Shown here: positions 32,307 through 36,169 of the stretch, one piece after another | Layout of the letters: every line of letters starts with the position of its first letter | How positions within the stretch are numbered: the first letter of the stretch is position 1 | Source: Catajapyx aquilonaris | Taxonomy: Eukaryota | Reading direction: 5' to 3' | NCBI GenBank assembly: GCA_000934665.2 | Contig: JYFJ02003944.1 | Span: 1-36,169, forward strand | DNA length: 36,169 bases | The notes under the pieces: model-generated | What the model saw: the letters and a program-made list of their open reading frames with translations, nothing else | Told to the model about the DNA's origin: nothing | The model's database searches: none | Translations under genes and position numbers: made by a program

Positions 32307-33383
32307 CGGTTGTGGTCTGAGAAGAAAGAAAGAAAGAAGAAGAAAAAAAATTTGCAGCCGTCATCTCTGGCCAAGATGGCGACTGTTCCTTCGCAGTTTC
32401 CCCAGGGTTTCCCCAACACTTCTTCATCAGAAGGTGTCGGAGGAGCAGCGAAGAGAGGGGGAGGAAAAGGGGGAGGGGAGAATTTTTTTTTTGGAAATTT
32501 TTAAGACACCTGCTTAATGGGAGGAGGAGGTCACTTTTTTTCGAAGAAAGAAGTCAAAAAAAATAAAAAGTCTATAACATGATCAAGTGGCTTCGCTTGT
32601 TGTTGTCCATCCCGACAGCCCCCACCCTACGCACCCCATAGTCCCTACATTTGTCTTATACCTGGGAGTTCCATTCTCAAACCTATCACCCCTCCAAATA
32701 TTTAACCCTACTATTTAAACTATAGGTCCCATCAAATCACCAGCACATGCAAATTAATCGGCACACTTTTTAGGGCATTTCCAATGGTTTGTTGCAGGCT
32801 GACCTTTGACCTGAAAGGCCCTAATATTAGGTTTTTGATGCAACCACAGGAATCGTATGTGGGTTGCCCCCTGTCGGATTCCCTGTAATGAATCTGGCAT
32901 GGAGATAGCTCCCTTTCCGATATAAAGAGGCCGAGTGGATGGGCGATAAGGAGTGGACAGCAGTAGGCGAGTTGATTGAGGAGTCGTCACTGGCCAGAAG
33001 GACAGGCCTTCCAGACCTCATCGGGTACATCATATCCCCCCCCCCGTCTATTAATTAAAGTAAATATCAGGCTTCCACTGAATGTGAGATGCACAGTTGG
33101 TGTCCAGTTGAATGTCGCGGTCTTTTTAAAAAGGTAAGTGGGGATGCGCAGAACCTCGACGCGATTTTCGATATGCGAATTTTTCGTGTAGAGGCTTGGA
33201 ATCTCATGTCCTTCATCATGGCGTCGAATCCATCTGTATCACAAGTCTGGTTGTCAGAAGAAGGTCTGGATCATGGCTGTAGAAGACTGGTCTGGATGGA
33301 CGACATTTGTGCTTCCGGAACATATGCAACTTCTATCTCACTTATTTTACAACTTTTTTTTTAAAAATGAAGGAAAAAAAAGT

Positions 33384-33455
33384 CGCGCCTGTCTGGACTC
33401 GAACGTGGGTCCTTCCGATTAGGAGGAGGCGACGCTAACCATTCGCCTACCAGCT
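33384..33455 (-). pseudogene. Degenerate tRNA-like sequence (SINE head or tRNA pseudogene)
   Basis: The minus strand reads gtaggcgaatggttagcg ... ggacccacgttcgagtcc followed by a T run; A/B boxes are present but the cloverleaf is broken. Confidence 0.55.
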
Positions 33456-35441
33456 GGCTGTAGATGCCCACCTCTCGGAAGTTGTATTTCCACTACAGGA
33501 TTATCAGGCATGTGGCTATAGCCCTTCTGGTACTACTACCTACGACTAGGGTAGTAATTCATTTCAACTAAAGTAGATTTTTAGACGCCATTCCCAAATC
33601 TCCAAAATAGTTGCTACAGTTAAGTACAACACATACAGTATATTTTATGAATGTCTTTTTTACTTCACAATATAATACACAAATTACCAAATTATTGTAC
33701 TAAACACACTATAATGACTAATATTGACTATTTGCAATTTTATGCACATGCAATATATATAGGACATGGTGCCAGGCACTGATGAAAAACCACGCAAAAA
33801 TAATTAATTTCACATTTCCTGACAATGCATACAACTTTTTGAATCACATATTGCTTACTAAATATTAATAAAATAAAGGCTGGTTTTGTGTGCGGAATCA
33901 TTCTTACGCACATTTTTAATTGCCATTAAGATTATTGTTCGTGAATGTGATTTAAAAGAATTGGCCGTCATCTACCGTTCGTCAGAATAATTTTTAATTT
34001 TTCTCTTGCCTGATATGATGGACATTATTAAAAATGCAAATAATAAAATTTAAAAATGCAAATGTTCCGACTCTTCAATCCCAGATTCTCTATGCTCATG
34101 GGACAGGACATTTAAAAATGAGTTATTTCGCTTTTCATCTATTTATGAAAAAATGCTTAGATAATTATTATGGGAATCATATTTCTCTCATTTTGTGACC
34201 AATTTTTTGGAAGAGTCAAAAAAGGGCACTAGAGCAATGTTGATTCTCTTCAAAATGACCCCACCGCAATGGTGAATGTAACGAACATGACCAATAGCAT
34301 TGCCGAAGAATAGCGCAGCAACATGTGGCCCAGAATTTAAAGAAAAAGCGCAAGTTGCTCTCCTACGATGGTCTCTGCATTGCAAAAATTTGGGTTTGCA
34401 AAGCCAACAATTGAAACTCTGCACCTATTTGCCATGACCCTAGAGAGTAAAAATAATATCTGGTGCAAAAATTTCCTCGTACAGTTCCAACTTTGGCAAG
34501 TGGAACACTGCAAATCTCTCTAGTTGCACATTGTTTGCTAAAAGTGACATTGAATCAATGCTACTAGCATTATACATTATGCAGTCGTTAAGGGCATAGG
34601 GACAGATGCATGTCAATTATTTCCTCATGGCAGTGGGTGTGTCACAAGCACCATTGTTGGCAAGTCATTGTTGCCCTCCTCCTCACAGCCGCATTGGTGA
34701 CTTCTGGAACTGCGGCTGTGGGGGATACGGACACTCCCCCCCAAAAAATAAAGGTTGAGGGTGGACGGCAGCTCATGTCAACAAAACGACTCGACACAAT
34801 AGGTAATCATGATTTAAGTTTTTATTGACAGTCCTTCCAATTTAACTCAATCCCATTTTTTTTCTTCCATATAACAAAAATGAAGACACTACTCGTAAGT
34901 GTTAGTATCAAAAGAAAAAATGTGCCCAAAACTTAAAAACAAAAAAAGAGGACAAGTCCTGCCCAACAATGAATCTTCTGGTCAATGGCACACGTGGCAC
35001 AATAAAATTGATGACGCACATGTGGGGGGGGAGGGAGGGATGGGGGCAAATGACATTTACAGATCATGGAAAACTGGAAACAAAGCTTGCGATAATTAGC
35101 ACAACATGCCAATTAACACCTACACATGTCATTACTCGGGGGAATGTGCCCGGATCCAACGTAATGGGGCGGCAGGCAGGGCTGGTGACCCCCCCCAACA
35201 AAATGCATCACATGAAGGCAACTAAACAAGTTCAAACTACGCATGAAAAAGGGATTAACTTACAATGAAAAGGTTTTTAAAAAGCAGGCAAGATGGACGG
35301 GGATCACTTTAAAAATTTAAAAAAACGAAGCAAAAGTAAAATAAATGGCTCAATACACTTTCCTTTAAAATGAGCCAAATAAAAACGGAACGGACAAAAC
35401 CACCAATCCCCTCCACTTGCCTACGACAGCAGCAAATGCGA

Positions 35442-36169
35442 CTACAGGAAGAAGAGCGTGTCGGACATATTGGAGTGTACATCGGTGTGTATGTACTCCC
35501 CAACGAGGTAGGCCAGCTTATGGGCGTACTGGCAGGGGGCAGGCACGCGGACGGTGCCACTCCAGTTGAAGTACAGGTGGCACATTTTGTGGGTAAGCCG
35601 CTGCACCTTGTCCGGCTCCAGATTTAGCGTATCGAAGATGATGGAGTAGCTGGTGGGCGAGACCGTCCCCTGCCGCACCGTCTGGGAGATCAGGTAGAAG
35701 TCGTACCTCTCCGGAAGAGTGATGATATCGTCCACAATGGTTCCAGGGCTGGGGTTCCCCTGCTGGGCGGTCATGATGCGGGTGTTCAGCCGCTTGTTCA
35801 CGATGATGAACGCAAATTTGTAGGCGTTTGGGCTGTAGATCTTGGCCAGGGATTCCTGGATCTGTGACAACTCGTGATCCTTCACGTAGCCTACCTGCAA
35901 AGGCAAAGGACACGCTTTTAAACACAGGCCGGCAATTGGAAACTATAACTGCCCATATGACGCTACCAGGAACAACTTCCAATGAAAACACAACAATCAC
36001 GGAAGACATTGTCTACTTCAAGGTCAGCACTTGCAGCGAGAAAAGTGGCAGGTCCCCTCCCATAATTACTGCGAAAAACCACTGGCTCACCTGGCCCTCA
36101 CCAACTCCATCACGGTACAGAATGATATGCGACGGAAGCTTGCCATTCGTCTCCTTGTACTTGTGCAAG
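35442..36169 (-). CDS. PIWI-clade Argonaute (Piwi/Aubergine-like), last two coding exons; gene continues beyond the window
   Basis: Exon 36169-36091 encodes LHKYKETNGKLPSHIILYRDGVGEGQ; GT-AG intron 36090-35895 (phase 0); exon 35894-35442 encodes NPSPGTIVDD..TLPERYDFYLISQTVRQGTVSPTSY...HLYFNWSGTVRVPAPCQYAHKLA...LFFL-stop, which are PIWI-subfamily signatures. The paralogue cannot be assigned from this fragment. Confidence 0.93.

Noticed and set aside
32028..33455. Functional tRNA genes
   Set aside because: Acceptor and anticodon stems do not pair and the boxes are degenerate.
33566..34526. Possible non-autonomous DNA transposon with caacta...tagttg ends
   Set aside because: The inverted match is short and gapped, with no clear target-site duplication; not supportable without a repeat library.

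Overview
Eukaryotic (metazoan, probably arthropod by inference) genomic DNA with spliced genes; nothing here is prokaryotic. Gene order: MTMR9 pseudophosphatase (- strand, 4 coding exons, 6689-8774); a divergent promoter region with DRE motifs; a ZMYND8/PRKCBP1-like PHD-Bromo-PWWP-MYND chromatin reader (+ strand, 11 coding exons, 14088-27696, one GC-AG intron); TRMT44 tRNA Um44 methyltransferase (- strand, 28813-30684, convergent with ZMYND8); and the last two exons of a PIWI-clade Argonaute (- strand, running off the right edge). Non-coding space holds many palindromic MITEs (PIF/Harbinger-like with 3-bp target sites, Tc1/mariner-like with TA), a ~160-bp minisatellite rich in imperfect RFX X-box-like motifs, and three degenerate tRNA-like (SINE-head) sequences. 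The most unusual feature is an old pogo/Tigger element in sense orientation inside the ZMYND8 intron that directly follows the PHD-Bromo-PWWP module. It has decayed TIRs and a deleted DDE domain, yet keeps a 300-codon open frame made of an exact in-frame 450-bp duplication of the two-HTH DNA-binding region. The two copies differ mostly by amino-acid changes around the predicted recognition helices, and in-frame splice acceptors could fuse the ORF to the ZMYND8 reader module. Domestication and fusion are inferences that need RNA and comparative data. All exon models were made by eye from splice consensus, phase consistency and recalled family motifs.
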